A DNA stretch of 64,000 bases, from positions 160,001 to 224,000 of the forward strand of contig CAVQNG010000003.1 in assembly GCA_963713825.1 (NCBI GenBank), given 5' to 3'. The position numbers and the translations under genes were made by a program. Below the pieces are notes generated by a model that made no database searches, was not told the origin of the DNA, and saw nothing but the letters and a program-made list of their open reading frames with translations. This stretch comes from an uncultured Acidobacteriota bacterium. Lineage in GTDB: Bacteria; Acidobacteriota; Thermoanaerobaculia; Multivoradales; JAHEKO01. Below are positions 29,161 through 38,750 of this stretch, piece by piece. Each line of letters starts with the position of its first letter. Within the stretch, counting starts at the first letter, position 1.

Positions 29161-30375
29161 ATGAACCGGTTCCCAGCAACGCTACTCACCATCGTCATCG
29201 CAGTACTACCGCAGGCTGGATTGGCGGCCGCTAGCGAAGCATCCGCCACTGAGCAGTCGACGGTTACAGATCTCGACCTACCTTTCGTCTACACCGATTG
29301 GCAGCAGTACTCGGTCGAGGACGGGCTTCCCAACGATCACATCTTCACCGTCGAAGTCGACGGCCCCTGGGTCTGGATCGGGACCGAGGACGGTCTGGCT
29401 CGACTCGACAAACGCACTGGAGCGATTCGTTCCTGGAAGGAAGAAGACGGCCTACCGTGGCGGGTCGTATCCGCGCTGGCCGTTCAGCCGGAAACTGGTG
29501 AGCTGTGGTTGGGTATGTTCGGAGGCGGCCTGGCCCGTTTCAGCGGTGGCCGCTTCGACCACTACCACCAACTCAACAGTGGTTTGGTCAATGATGTGGT
29601 CTATGGAGTCTGCATCGAGAACGAGAATATCTGGGCTGCCACCACCGCTGGTGCCAGTCGCTACAACACCCGCACTGGCGAGTGGACCATCTACACAGAG
29701 AAGAACGCCCCCATGGAGGAGATCTGGAACTACGGCTGCAGCTACGCCGACGGCAAGGTCTACCTGGGAGTCTGGGGCAGTGGAGTCCTCGAGTTCGACA
29801 TCGAGACCGAGCAATGGAAAGACTACCTCGACCCGGACGGCGAGATGGAGATCGATCTTTACCGCGACGACGGCATCGTGCACGTCATCACGACCGGCGT
29901 GAGCTATGTCGAGAAGACCCTTTGGGTGACGACCTACTTCGGCGCCTCCCGCTACGACGGTCGTCACTGGCGAGGCTATTTCAAAAAGGACAGCGGTACG
30001 CCGAGTGATTTCCACAACGCCGTCAAGGCGAGAAGTGCCAACGAAGCCTGGTTCTCCACCGACAAGGGACTCGCGCAGGTAGCCGATTTCCCCACAGATA
30101 CCTGGGTGGTCTACACAACCGACCACGCCTCGGGCACCGGCCAGGCGGTCATCACTCGAGGCGAGCGGGTCCTCGAAACCCGCACTATCCCTCCGAACAT
30201 CCCTCACAACTACGTCCTGTGGACCGCGATCGACGGCAACGATCTGTGGATCGGTACTTCGAAAGGACTGGCTCACGCCAGGGGCGAGGACTACTTCCCC
30301 GGCCTGCGCCGAGCTGCGGGACAAGCTGCGACCAGCGATCCCGAGGGACTACCAACGAATCGAGGCGGATCATGA
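29161..30375 (+). CDS. Secreted two-component-regulator-type (Reg_prop) beta-propeller protein with no kinase domain
   Basis: Signal peptide; repeats DGLPND.I, WIGTEDGL, SGLVND.V, LWIGTSKGL. Confidence 0.85.
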   Translation: MNRFPATLLTIVIAVLPQAGLAAASEASATEQSTVTDLDLPFVYTDWQQYSVEDGLPNDHIFTVEVDGPWVWIGTEDGLARLDKRTGAIRSWKEEDGLPWRVVSALAVQPETGELWLGMFGGGLARFSGGRFDHYHQLNSGLVNDVVYGVCIENENIWAATTAGASRYNTRTGEWTIYTEKNAPMEEIWNYGCSYADGKVYLGVWGSGVLEFDIETEQWKDYLDPDGEMEIDLYRDDGIVHVITTGVSYVEKTLWVTTYFGASRYDGRHWRGYFKKDSGTPSDFHNAVKARSANEAWFSTDKGLAQVADFPTDTWVVYTTDHASGTGQAVITRGERVLETRTIPPNIPHNYVLWTAIDGNDLWIGTSKGLAHARGEDYFPGLRRAAGQAATSDPEGLPTNRGGS

Positions 30376-31862
30376 AGAGCATCCTCAAGGACAAGTTGCT
30401 GATCACCTGTCTGAGCTCGGCTCTGATCATCGTGCCCTCCTTGGCCTGGACCGAGGAAGCGGCCGCAACCGACGATGCCGAGCCCCTGGACACCGAGACC
30501 ATACTCGAGGCCATCGATGTCGATCCCTACGAAGTGCCTGACCTGCCTCTGAAGAAGAATACGAACTACGGCGCCTCGGCCGTCGACGTCGAGCCTTTCG
30601 GTCACGTGGAGCCCTACTTCGAGCACTTCCTCGAGCAGATGGAGTACACGGGGCCGGGTAGGGCCAAGCCCGAACCCGAGGACATCGATACCGTCAAGAT
30701 CGGTTTCCTTGGACCGATAGTGCCGACCGTCTCGGTGGCCACGGGCGGTATGAGTCACGAGGAGCCACTGGGCATCGCCATGCTCCGCGGCACGAGGATG
30801 GCCATCGAAGAGGCGAATGCCGCCGGGGGTTACCAGCCTCGAGACATCCCCTTCGAGCTGGTGGTGCACAACGACAACGGCCTGTGGGGGGCCTCGGGCA
30901 ACGAGATCATCGATCTGGCCTATAAGGAGAACGTCTGGGCCATCCTGGGAACCATCGATGGCGCCAACTCGCATATCGCGATCCGGGTGGCCCTGAAAGC
31001 CGAGATCCCGATGATCAACACAGGGGATACGGATCCCACCTTCATCGAGACGAACATCCCCTGGGTCATCAGGACCATCGGGGACGATCGGCAGCAGAAC
31101 TACATGCTGCTCGACTATCTCTATCGCAAACAGGGATACGAGCGGGTGGCCATCATTCGAGCCAGTAATCGGTACGGTCGCTTCGGAGTCCGGGAGATCA
31201 AGGACGGCAGCCGGCGTCTCGGCTACCCGGTCGTCATCGAGATGGCCTACCCGGTGGGTGACGATGACTTCTCCCTGCAGATCGATCGGATCGCCGAGGC
31301 CGAGCCCCAGGCGATCGTCCATTGGGGCGATGCCGTGGACGGTGCCCGGATCCTGACTCAGATTCGCGAACGGGGCATGGACCAGCCCTTCTTCTGCTCG
31401 GACCGCTGTGCTTCCGACGAGTTCGTGAATCTGGCCGGCGAGCTCGCGCAGGAGGTCTACTCCACGTATCCGTGGAACCCCCACCGCGAGGATCCCAACC
31501 TGGCACGCTTTCGTCAGGAATTCGAAAAGCGCTATGGCGTCGAGCCCGACACCTACGCCGCACACGCCTATGACGGGGCGAACCTCCTGATCTGGGCCAT
31601 CCAGAACGCCGGCCTCAACCGTGCCAAGATCCGCGATCTCCTGGCCTATCGTAGCGAGCCCTGGCCGGGTGTCACCGGGGACATTCCGCTCAACGCCGCT
31701 CTGGATGACGGCGGAGAGGTCTTCATGACGCGTTGGGACGGCGAGGGATGGAGCTACTACTCCCGCGAGGACCTGGGCGTTCCGAGCGGCCTCATCGCAC
31801 CCGAGACGCGGCAGGAGCGCGAGCCTCTCTCCGCCTCGAGCGTCGGAGGAGGTACGCAATAG
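30372..31862 (+). CDS. Branched-chain amino acid (LivJ/type 1 PBP)-like solute-binding protein
   Basis: Signal peptide, VKIGFLGP, AIEEANAAGG, AAHAYDG, GVTG.I; ATGA overlap. Confidence 0.85.
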   Translation: MKSILKDKLLITCLSSALIIVPSLAWTEEAAATDDAEPLDTETILEAIDVDPYEVPDLPLKKNTNYGASAVDVEPFGHVEPYFEHFLEQMEYTGPGRAKPEPEDIDTVKIGFLGPIVPTVSVATGGMSHEEPLGIAMLRGTRMAIEEANAAGGYQPRDIPFELVVHNDNGLWGASGNEIIDLAYKENVWAILGTIDGANSHIAIRVALKAEIPMINTGDTDPTFIETNIPWVIRTIGDDRQQNYMLLDYLYRKQGYERVAIIRASNRYGRFGVREIKDGSRRLGYPVVIEMAYPVGDDDFSLQIDRIAEAEPQAIVHWGDAVDGARILTQIRERGMDQPFFCSDRCASDEFVNLAGELAQEVYSTYPWNPHREDPNLARFRQEFEKRYGVEPDTYAAHAYDGANLLIWAIQNAGLNRAKIRDLLAYRSEPWPGVTGDIPLNAALDDGGEVFMTRWDGEGWSYYSREDLGVPSGLIAPETRQEREPLSASSVGGGTQ

Positions 31863-33100
31863 CCCACCAGATCTTTTCCACGGGAATCCTGGTGCTGGTC
31901 CTCCTTGCACGCGCTCTCCACGGTCAGGCTCCACCTCCAGAGGAACGTCCGGACGACGAGCCGTACCACGATTTCCGACTTCAGCCGCTGGAGTATCTCG
32001 GCCCCGCCGGCGAGGGCCCGGATCCCGCGAGCCTCACCGAGGTGCCTATCGGATGGTTCGGACCCTCCGACCCTGCACAACCTCTGTATGGCGACCTCTG
32101 GACGGCAACATCTCTTGCTGTCGAGGAGGTGAACGAGGCAGGCGGTCTAGACGGGCTTCCCGTCCGGCTCATACCGCGATGGTCGGAGAATCCCTGGGGC
32201 ACAGGTGTCGGACAGATCGCCCGCATGGTTCACGAGGACCAGGTGCTGGCGATTCTCGGTTCCGTGGATGGCCCAGGAACCCACCTCGCCGAGCAGGTCG
32301 TGGTGAAGGCCCGGCTCCCCCTGGTCAGCCCGGTCAGTACCGACGAGTCAGTGAACCTGGCAGGGGTACCCTGGATGTTCTCGGTCGCGCCGGGAGACCA
32401 CCTCTGGGCTCCCTTGGTGGCAAGCGGAATGCTCGAGATGATCGGCGACGGGAACTTCGCTTTGCTGGCGACCACCGACCACGACTCCCGCCTGGCCGCG
32501 AAAGAGCTCGTCGGAGCCCTGGCTGCCCTCGAACGTGGCCCGGCCCTGCGTATCGACCTGCAGCCGGGTACCATGGACCTGAGCACCTCGCTGGGGCGAA
32601 TCGGAGACGACTCCCCTTCGGCCGCGCTGGTCATCGCTTCGGCACCGGACAGTGCCACTCTGATACGCGCTCTTCGGCAGCGCGGCTTTGCCGGCCCGAT
32701 CTTCGGCGGACCGCAGCTCGGACGCCGCCTCTTCATGGCGTCGGCTGGAGCGGCAGCCGAGGGTGTGACTCTTCCCCTGCTCTTCGACTCTACAGATCAG
32801 GCTAGCGAAGCCGCCAAGTTCGCCCAGAGATTTCAGGCTCGAACCGGATTCCCGCCTGATTGGGCCGCGGCGCACACCTACGACGCGACTCGGCTGCTGC
32901 TCGAATCGATCCGCCGAGCGGGCCTGAGTCGCGCTGCGATTCGCCAGGCCCTGGTCGAGCTCTCCCCTTGGCATGGAGTCGTCGGACTCATCGAGTGGGA
33001 CCCGACCGGCCAAAGCCTCCGACCGGTGACCCGACTTGCAATGATTCGGCAAGGCAACATCGTTCCCATGCCGGATCCCCGAAATCCCAGGACCGACTAG
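31859..33100 (+). CDS. Second LivJ-like solute-binding protein, paralog of the preceding gene (start uncertain)
   Basis: VPIGWFGP, AVEEVNEAGG, AAHTYDA, GVVG.I; strong GGAGGAGG RBS before an in-frame ATA at 31859. Confidence 0.8.
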   Translation: MAHQIFSTGILVLVLLARALHGQAPPPEERPDDEPYHDFRLQPLEYLGPAGEGPDPASLTEVPIGWFGPSDPAQPLYGDLWTATSLAVEEVNEAGGLDGLPVRLIPRWSENPWGTGVGQIARMVHEDQVLAILGSVDGPGTHLAEQVVVKARLPLVSPVSTDESVNLAGVPWMFSVAPGDHLWAPLVASGMLEMIGDGNFALLATTDHDSRLAAKELVGALAALERGPALRIDLQPGTMDLSTSLGRIGDDSPSAALVIASAPDSATLIRALRQRGFAGPIFGGPQLGRRLFMASAGAAAEGVTLPLLFDSTDQASEAAKFAQRFQARTGFPPDWAAAHTYDATRLLLESIRRAGLSRAAIRQALVELSPWHGVVGLIEWDPTGQSLRPVTRLAMIRQGNIVPMPDPRNPRTD

Positions 33101-33115
33101 GGTAGGATTACCTGA

Positions 33116-34327
33116 ATGTTCACTGGAGGTGTACCCCAAGATCCGACCACTACGGGTGTTTCTTTCGCCGACTTGGGATTGACCGAACCCATCGTACGTT
33201 CGCTCGACTCCTTCGGCTTCGAGCACCCAACCCCGATCCAGGAACAGGTGATCCCAAAAGCGCTGGCAGGCCTCGATGTCATCGGCCTGGCACAGACTGG
33301 CTCCGGCAAGACCGGCGCCTTCGGGCTGCCAATCGCCGAGCACTTGATCCACGGCAAGGGGGTCCGGGGACTGATTCTCTGTCCGACCCGGGAGATCGCT
33401 CTTCAGACTCAGTCATTTCTCGAGGTCGTAGGCAAGGATCACAAGCTCAGCACCGTCTGCTTGATCGGCGGCGTCAAATTGGGGCCACAGATCGACGATC
33501 TGCGGAAACAGCCGGACATCGTCGTTGCAACCCCGGGCCGCCTGTGGGACCACTTCCAGCGGAGAAACCTGAATCTCGATCGCATCGAGAAATTGGTCCT
33601 CGACGAGGCGGATCACATGCTCGACCTCGGTTTCTTGCCGCAGATTTTGCGCGTCTTCGAAGCCGTTCCCGAAGATAGGCAGACCATGATGTTCTCGGCC
33701 ACCATGCACTCGACCGTCGAGAACCTGGCTCGACGGTTCATGCGAGAACCGGTGCGTGTCGATCTACGCCCCGACATGCGCACGGCTGAAGGCATCGAGC
33801 ACCGCCTCTATCTCGTCGAGCCCGAAGAGACGAAAGCCTGCCTGCTGGCTCTCGCAGCCGAAGAGAAGGGCAGCATGCTCGTGTTTCTCCGACGCAAAGT
33901 GGACGCTGAGTGGGCCACCAAGCAGCTGGAGAAAGAAGGCCATCCGGTGGAGCGCATCCACTCCGATCGGACCCAGAAGCAGAGAGTCGCCGCCCTCGAG
34001 GGACTGCGTGAAGGCGAGCACCGGATCCTGCTCGCCACCGACATTGCGGCACGGGGAATCGACATCCCCATCATCGAGCACATCGTCAACTACGGGGTGC
34101 CGGACTCGGTAGAGGACTACATTCACCGGGCCGGCCGCACGGCCCGCGGTGCGATGAAAGGTACGGTTTCGACGATCGCCACATGGCAGAACAAGGAAGA
34201 CATTCGCCGCATCGAGAAGGCGATCGGCAGTCCGCTGCCACGCTGTACCGCCGAAGGTGTCGATCCCTACGTCGAACGCAAGACCACGATCCGCGGCCGC
34301 CAGAAAATCCGCCGAAGACTCACCTAG
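33116..34327 (+). CDS. DEAD-box RNA helicase
   Basis: Q motif, AQTGSGKT, PTRE, TPGR, DEAD, SAT, ARGID, HRAGRTAR. Confidence 0.96.
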   Translation: MFTGGVPQDPTTTGVSFADLGLTEPIVRSLDSFGFEHPTPIQEQVIPKALAGLDVIGLAQTGSGKTGAFGLPIAEHLIHGKGVRGLILCPTREIALQTQSFLEVVGKDHKLSTVCLIGGVKLGPQIDDLRKQPDIVVATPGRLWDHFQRRNLNLDRIEKLVLDEADHMLDLGFLPQILRVFEAVPEDRQTMMFSATMHSTVENLARRFMREPVRVDLRPDMRTAEGIEHRLYLVEPEETKACLLALAAEEKGSMLVFLRRKVDAEWATKQLEKEGHPVERIHSDRTQKQRVAALEGLREGEHRILLATDIAARGIDIPIIEHIVNYGVPDSVEDYIHRAGRTARGAMKGTVSTIATWQNKEDIRRIEKAIGSPLPRCTAEGVDPYVERKTTIRGRQKIRRRLT

Positions 34328-34365
34328 CCAGCGTTGCCGCAGGCACCGCTGCGGCAATGAGACCT

Positions 34366-34946
34366 CGAGGGTTGAGGCGCCCAGCAGTTCTGCCGGGCGT
34401 TCTTTCTCTTGGGGCTTGGGGATTGAATTGTTCGGACTTCGTCAGTCCGGTCTTTAGGGGGAGTGAGGCTCGTCCGGGTGGTTCGCAGGCGGACGGCGTC
34501 GGCTTTGTAGGGGAGCCCCTTGCGGGCTCCCGCGGGAGGGGGCAAGCCCCTCCCCTACATTGAGGTGGGCCGCCACCTTGTCTCGTCATCGCGCCCCATC
34601 TGCTGTGCTCTATGAAGGACCTTGCGCCGCGCTCGACTCGGCGCCCCCTGTCGAACCACCCGGACGAACCTATGGCACCGGTGAGGGTAGTAGGGCTTAG
34701 GGGCTTAAGGGCGTAGGGGGTGAGTCAGCAATCCGAAGCTTGCTGTGTCTCGAAGGTTGTAGATCGGGCCATGGGTCTCCCTCGTCGGAGGGGCATGGTC
34801 GGGTGAGGCCGCAGACGAGGGAGATCCCTGGTTCGATCGGCCGGCTCGACCCCCAGGCCCTCAAAGACCGCCTGGCGCAAAGCGCTGGGCGCCTCAACCC
34901 CAAGCCCTCAAGGATCGGCTAGGAGGTACGACCGGACGCCTCAACC
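34366..34946. repeat. Composite intergenic repeat element, copy B
   Basis: Both ends carry GGTTGAGGCG.CC / GGGCTTGGGG.TTGA modules in inverted orientation. Inverted arms at ~34465-34490 and ~34648-34672. Shares blocks with 8.65-9.2 kb and 59.76-59.9 kb. Confidence 0.85.
34506..34559. repeat. GTAG-type REP doublet (REPIN)
   Basis: TGTAG-GGGAGCCC cttgc GGGCTCCC, followed by an inverted copy reading TGTAG-GGGAGGGG cttgc CCCCTCCC on the minus strand. Confidence 0.8.
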
Positions 34947-36017
34947 CACAGGTACTTCAGCGCGCTCCGCGCCGAAGTACCTGCGCCGGAAGTAAAGCGA
35001 GACATTGACGAGGCCGATCAGCACCGGGACCTCGACCAGGGGACCGATAACCGCTGCAAAAGCGGCTCCGGAGCCGATTCCGAACACTGCCACAGCCACA
35101 GCAATCGCCAGTTCGAAATTGTTCGATGCCGCAGTGAAGGAGAGCGTTGCCGTCTTGCTGTAGTCGGCGCCGATCTTGTATCCCAACCAGAAGCTGATCA
35201 GGAACATGACGACGAAGTAGATCAGCAGCGGCACGGCGATGCGCAACACATCACCAGGAATGCGAACGATCTGGTCGCCCTTGAGGCTGAACATCACCAG
35301 AATCGTGAAGAGCAGAGCGATCAGGGTGATGGGAGAGATCTTCGGAATGAAGACACTCTCATACCAGTCGCGTCCCTTGGTCTTGACCAGGACCAGACGC
35401 GTCAGCATGCCGGCCAGGAACGGAATCCCCAGATAGATGAAGACGCTTCTGGCGATCTGACCCATGCTGATGTCGACGATCGATCCCTCCAACCCGAACA
35501 GCGGCGGTAGCTTGGTGATGAAGATCCAGGCGTAAAGGCTGTAGAAGAGAACCTGGAAGACACTGTTGAAGGCCACTAATCCAGCGGCGTACTCCGAATC
35601 ACCGTCCGCCAGCTCGTTCCAAACGATCACCATGGCGATGCAGCGAGCCAGGCCGATCAGGATCAGGCCGACCATGTACTCCGGTTGGTCCCGCAAGAAC
35701 AGGATCGCCAGCCCGAACATCAAGATAGGACCGATGATCCAGTTCTGGACGAGAGACAGGCCCAGGATCCGCCAGTTGCGAAAGACGTCGGGCAGCTCCT
35801 CGTAGCGCACCTTCGCCAGGGGCGGGTACATCATCAGAATCAGACCGATGGCGATCGGCAGGTTCGTCGTGCCCACCGTGAACCGACCCCAAAAATCGGC
35901 CACGCCGGCCCACAAGGCCCCCAGCGCTACGCCGATCCCCATGGCCCCGAAGATCCACAGCGTCAGGTACCGATCCAGTAGGGAGAGCTGCTTCGAAACG
36001 CCTTCGTGAGTCGTCAT
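34941..36017 (-). CDS. acr3: Acr3 arsenite efflux transporter
   Basis: [47 protein letters not shown]. Confidence 0.96.
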   Translation of the reverse strand: MTTHEGVSKQLSLLDRYLTLWIFGAMGIGVALGALWAGVADFWGRFTVGTTNLPIAIGLILMMYPPLAKVRYEELPDVFRNWRILGLSLVQNWIIGPILMFGLAILFLRDQPEYMVGLILIGLARCIAMVIVWNELADGDSEYAAGLVAFNSVFQVLFYSLYAWIFITKLPPLFGLEGSIVDISMGQIARSVFIYLGIPFLAGMLTRLVLVKTKGRDWYESVFIPKISPITLIALLFTILVMFSLKGDQIVRIPGDVLRIAVPLLIYFVVMFLISFWLGYKIGADYSKTATLSFTAASNNFELAIAVAVAVFGIGSGAAFAAVIGPLVEVPVLIGLVNVSLYFRRRYFGAERAEVPVG

Positions 36018-36475
36018 TGCGCTGCATCCTCCAAGGCCACGCTGTCAGGTAGACCTTCAACCAACTCGCGGATCTGATCCCGAATCCGCCGATAGTGACT
36101 CAACGCCTCCTCCTCGGAGGCAGCCGCCTCAGCCAACTTCGGAGGATCCTCGAACCCCCGGTGGACGATCCGCGCCCGGCCAGGAAATACCGGACAGCTC
36201 TCATGCGCCCCATCGCAAACCGTTACGACATAGTCGATCTCGAGGTCGAGCAGCTCCTCCACCGCCTTGGAGCGCTGCTCGGAGATGTCCACTCCGACCT
36301 CCCGCATCACCTCGACGGCTCGACGATCCAGCGACTTCGGTCGGGTTCCAGCCGACCAGGTTTCGACGGCGTCTCCCCGTAAATGCCGGGTCCACGCTTC
36401 GGCCATCTGACTACGGCAGGAGTTCCCGGTACACAGATAGAGGACCTTCAGCTTCGATTGCAAGGCGTCTCCCAA
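36014..36475 (-). CDS. arsC: Thioredoxin-coupled arsenate reductase (LMW-PTP fold)
   Basis: [16 protein letters not shown]...CP.FPG, FEDP. Confidence 0.93.
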   Translation of the reverse strand: MGDALQSKLKVLYLCTGNSCRSQMAEAWTRHLRGDAVETWSAGTRPKSLDRRAVEVMREVGVDISEQRSKAVEELLDLEIDYVVTVCDGAHESCPVFPGRARIVHRGFEDPPKLAEAAASEEEALSHYRRIRDQIRELVEGLPDSVALEDAAQ

Positions 36476-36604
36476 CGGACCCGTCGATCATAGACGGGAG
36501 ATCGAAGGGCAACAAGCGCGCCAGCCACCCATCGTCTCGATCGGCTGACATGCTAGGGTGCCTGCGCTCCATCTCAGAAGTACCCCTCGGCCGAGAACCC
36601 ACCC

Positions 36605-37282
36605 ATGCGACCGTTCGAGACCCTGCACAGCACCCGAACCCCGGACGGCACGGTTCTCTCATTGCACCGCCGCGACGGTGACTACTTCATTCATCTCGAC
36701 GGCGAAGAGCTGATGTCGACGCGGCGCACTGGGTCGGAATCCGCCTTGGCAACCCTGGCCTGTCAGGAAGTGCGCGAGCGCAAGAATCCTCGCATCCTCA
36801 TCGGTGGGCTCGGGTTCGGCTACACGCTGCGCGCCGCATTGGAGATCCTTCCGTCCCGGGCCGAGGTGGTCGTCGCGGAGATCTACCCTGCGGTCGTGGA
36901 GTGGAACCGCGAGCGGCTGGAGCTCCTACACCGACGAGCACTCGAAGACAAACGTGTGCTGATCCGCAACGCCAACGTCTGGGATCTGCTCGACGAGACC
37001 CAAACATTCGACGCCATCCTGCTCGACGTGGACAACGGTCCTTCGGCATGGTGCCTGAGCTCCAACAGCCGACTCTACGATCGCCCGGGCCTGCAGAGAA
37101 TTCGAGCCGCATTGACTCCTGGAGGTGTCCTGGCGGTCTGGTCAGCCTATACGGATGCCGCCTTCGTGAAGCGTTTGGGAAAGAGCGGCTTCACGGCCAG
37201 AGTCGAACGCGTCCGGGATCATCAACGCAAAGGTGCTCAGCACACGATCTTTCTTGCTCAGAAAAAGCCTGAGAAATCCTGA
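36605..37282 (+). CDS. Spermidine-synthase-like SAM-dependent methyltransferase
   Basis: ELMS...SE..LA, ILIGGLGFGYTL, FDAILLDVDNGP, GG.LAVWS. Confidence 0.85.
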   Translation: MRPFETLHSTRTPDGTVLSLHRRDGDYFIHLDGEELMSTRRTGSESALATLACQEVRERKNPRILIGGLGFGYTLRAALEILPSRAEVVVAEIYPAVVEWNRERLELLHRRALEDKRVLIRNANVWDLLDETQTFDAILLDVDNGPSAWCLSSNSRLYDRPGLQRIRAALTPGGVLAVWSAYTDAAFVKRLGKSGFTARVERVRDHQRKGAQHTIFLAQKKPEKS

Positions 37283-37291
37283 GACCGACCA

Positions 37292-38734
37292 TCAGCGCCC
37301 TGCAGGTTCCTCGTCGGGCGACGGGGACCACTCACTTCTTGCATCTTCCTCTCGGACCAGTCCGTTCTGCAGCTGTAGCCACCGCATGTACTGCAGGGGA
37401 TAGCCGGGATAGTAGCCCAGGTACTCGCGCTCCTGTTCAGCAGAATCCTCCACCACGAGCATGCCGTGCTCGATACCCGGGAACACCTCGTATTCGATCG
37501 GTGCACCTTCGTCGATCAGGCCTTCGAGAACCTCGACACTCCAAGGGGTCGGAGCGCTGGAATCGTCGCCCGCAAACAGCCACAAGCTGGGTATCTCGAG
37601 GTCCCGAATCGTCGCCTCGGGATCGTAGAGGCGGTCGATGACACCAAAGACCACTTCGAAACCCACCAGCTTGTCGAACCACTCCCAGACCCACAAAGGC
37701 ACTGGCGACGAGGCCAGATAGCCCACTGTTGAATCGCTCTTCGCAACGGTTGGGAACCAGGGCTCATCCTTCGCCTTTGCGACAGCCGCCCTCAGCCCTG
37801 GGTAGGCACTCTGGTCACGCTCATCGACAATCCTGGACGCGAACTCGTTGATGGCATCGACTTCGGCAATCTCGCGTTCGCCAAAGCCCTCGTGTCGCAG
37901 AGACCAGACATATCCCCAGCGATCTTCGTCGAAGATCGGCCGTGCCACTCCGTAATTGACAACGATGGTATTGACCTCGGCTCCAAGGGCAGCCGCCATG
38001 GGGGCGATCCAACCACCCTGGCTGAAGCCGACCAGGCCGATTCGAGCCGGGTCCACCTCGGGCCGTGTTCTCAGAAATTCCACAGCCGCTTTGACGTCCC
38101 CAGCCAGGTCTGGGAAGTTCTGGGAGTACTTGCCCTCCGACTCGCCGGTACCCCTCTTGTCGAAGACGAATCCCGCCATGCCGTGCGCCGCAGCCAGATA
38201 GGGAAGGCGATACTCGTAGACCGCTCGGTCCCTGCCTGAGCCATGCACGGCCACCTGGGCCGGAACCGGACCGTCCGTTTCTTCGGGCAACACGAGCAAG
38301 CCCCTGAGCATGAGATCTCCCGAGGGGAAGTAGACTTCACTCTCTCGGAAAGGAAGTCGCGCGATTTCGATCTCTTCACCGTCCTCTGGCTTCCAGGTCA
38401 GGGCCGTCACATCCCCTTCCGGGCCGCGCAGCACCTCGCCTCGAAGTGTCACCGGTTCCCTGCTGCTCCATCCTTCGCCCGACTCGAACTGATCGATGTC
38501 CGTCATGAACAGGGTCCGGGTCTGCCCGCTCTCCGGGCTCATCACGCGGACGGTATCCGCGCCGTTGACAACCAGGATCAGCAAGTCGTCATCAGGAGTC
38601 CGGTAGGCACCGGCCAGAGGGTCGGCCAGGTTCGGTCCCTCGGGCCAGAAGTACCAGAGCAACCCAACGGCCACGAGGAGCACCACGCCCGCCAGAAGAA
38701 TCCCGAGCCACTTCATCAGTCGACGCAACGCCAT
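37292..38734 (-). CDS. Membrane-anchored alpha/beta hydrolase (S9/S15-like)
   Basis: N-terminal TM; VHGSG, DKRGTGES, GFSQGG nucleophile, late Asp and His. Confidence 0.85.
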   Translation of the reverse strand: MALRRLMKWLGILLAGVVLLVAVGLLWYFWPEGPNLADPLAGAYRTPDDDLLILVVNGADTVRVMSPESGQTRTLFMTDIDQFESGEGWSSREPVTLRGEVLRGPEGDVTALTWKPEDGEEIEIARLPFRESEVYFPSGDLMLRGLLVLPEETDGPVPAQVAVHGSGRDRAVYEYRLPYLAAAHGMAGFVFDKRGTGESEGKYSQNFPDLAGDVKAAVEFLRTRPEVDPARIGLVGFSQGGWIAPMAAALGAEVNTIVVNYGVARPIFDEDRWGYVWSLRHEGFGEREIAEVDAINEFASRIVDERDQSAYPGLRAAVAKAKDEPWFPTVAKSDSTVGYLASSPVPLWVWEWFDKLVGFEVVFGVIDRLYDPEATIRDLEIPSLWLFAGDDSSAPTPWSVEVLEGLIDEGAPIEYEVFPGIEHGMLVVEDSAEQEREYLGYYPGYPLQYMRWLQLQNGLVREEDARSEWSPSPDEEPAGR

Positions 38735-38750
38735 TTCCGACCTTCCTTCC

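Noticed and set aside
30291-31934. 547-aa antisense ORF, and similar long shadows (39357-40835, 27156-28277, 45135-46277, 25230-26324)
   Set aside because: These are antisense or alternate-frame shadows of well-supported genes, expected in GC-rich DNA, and carry no motifs.
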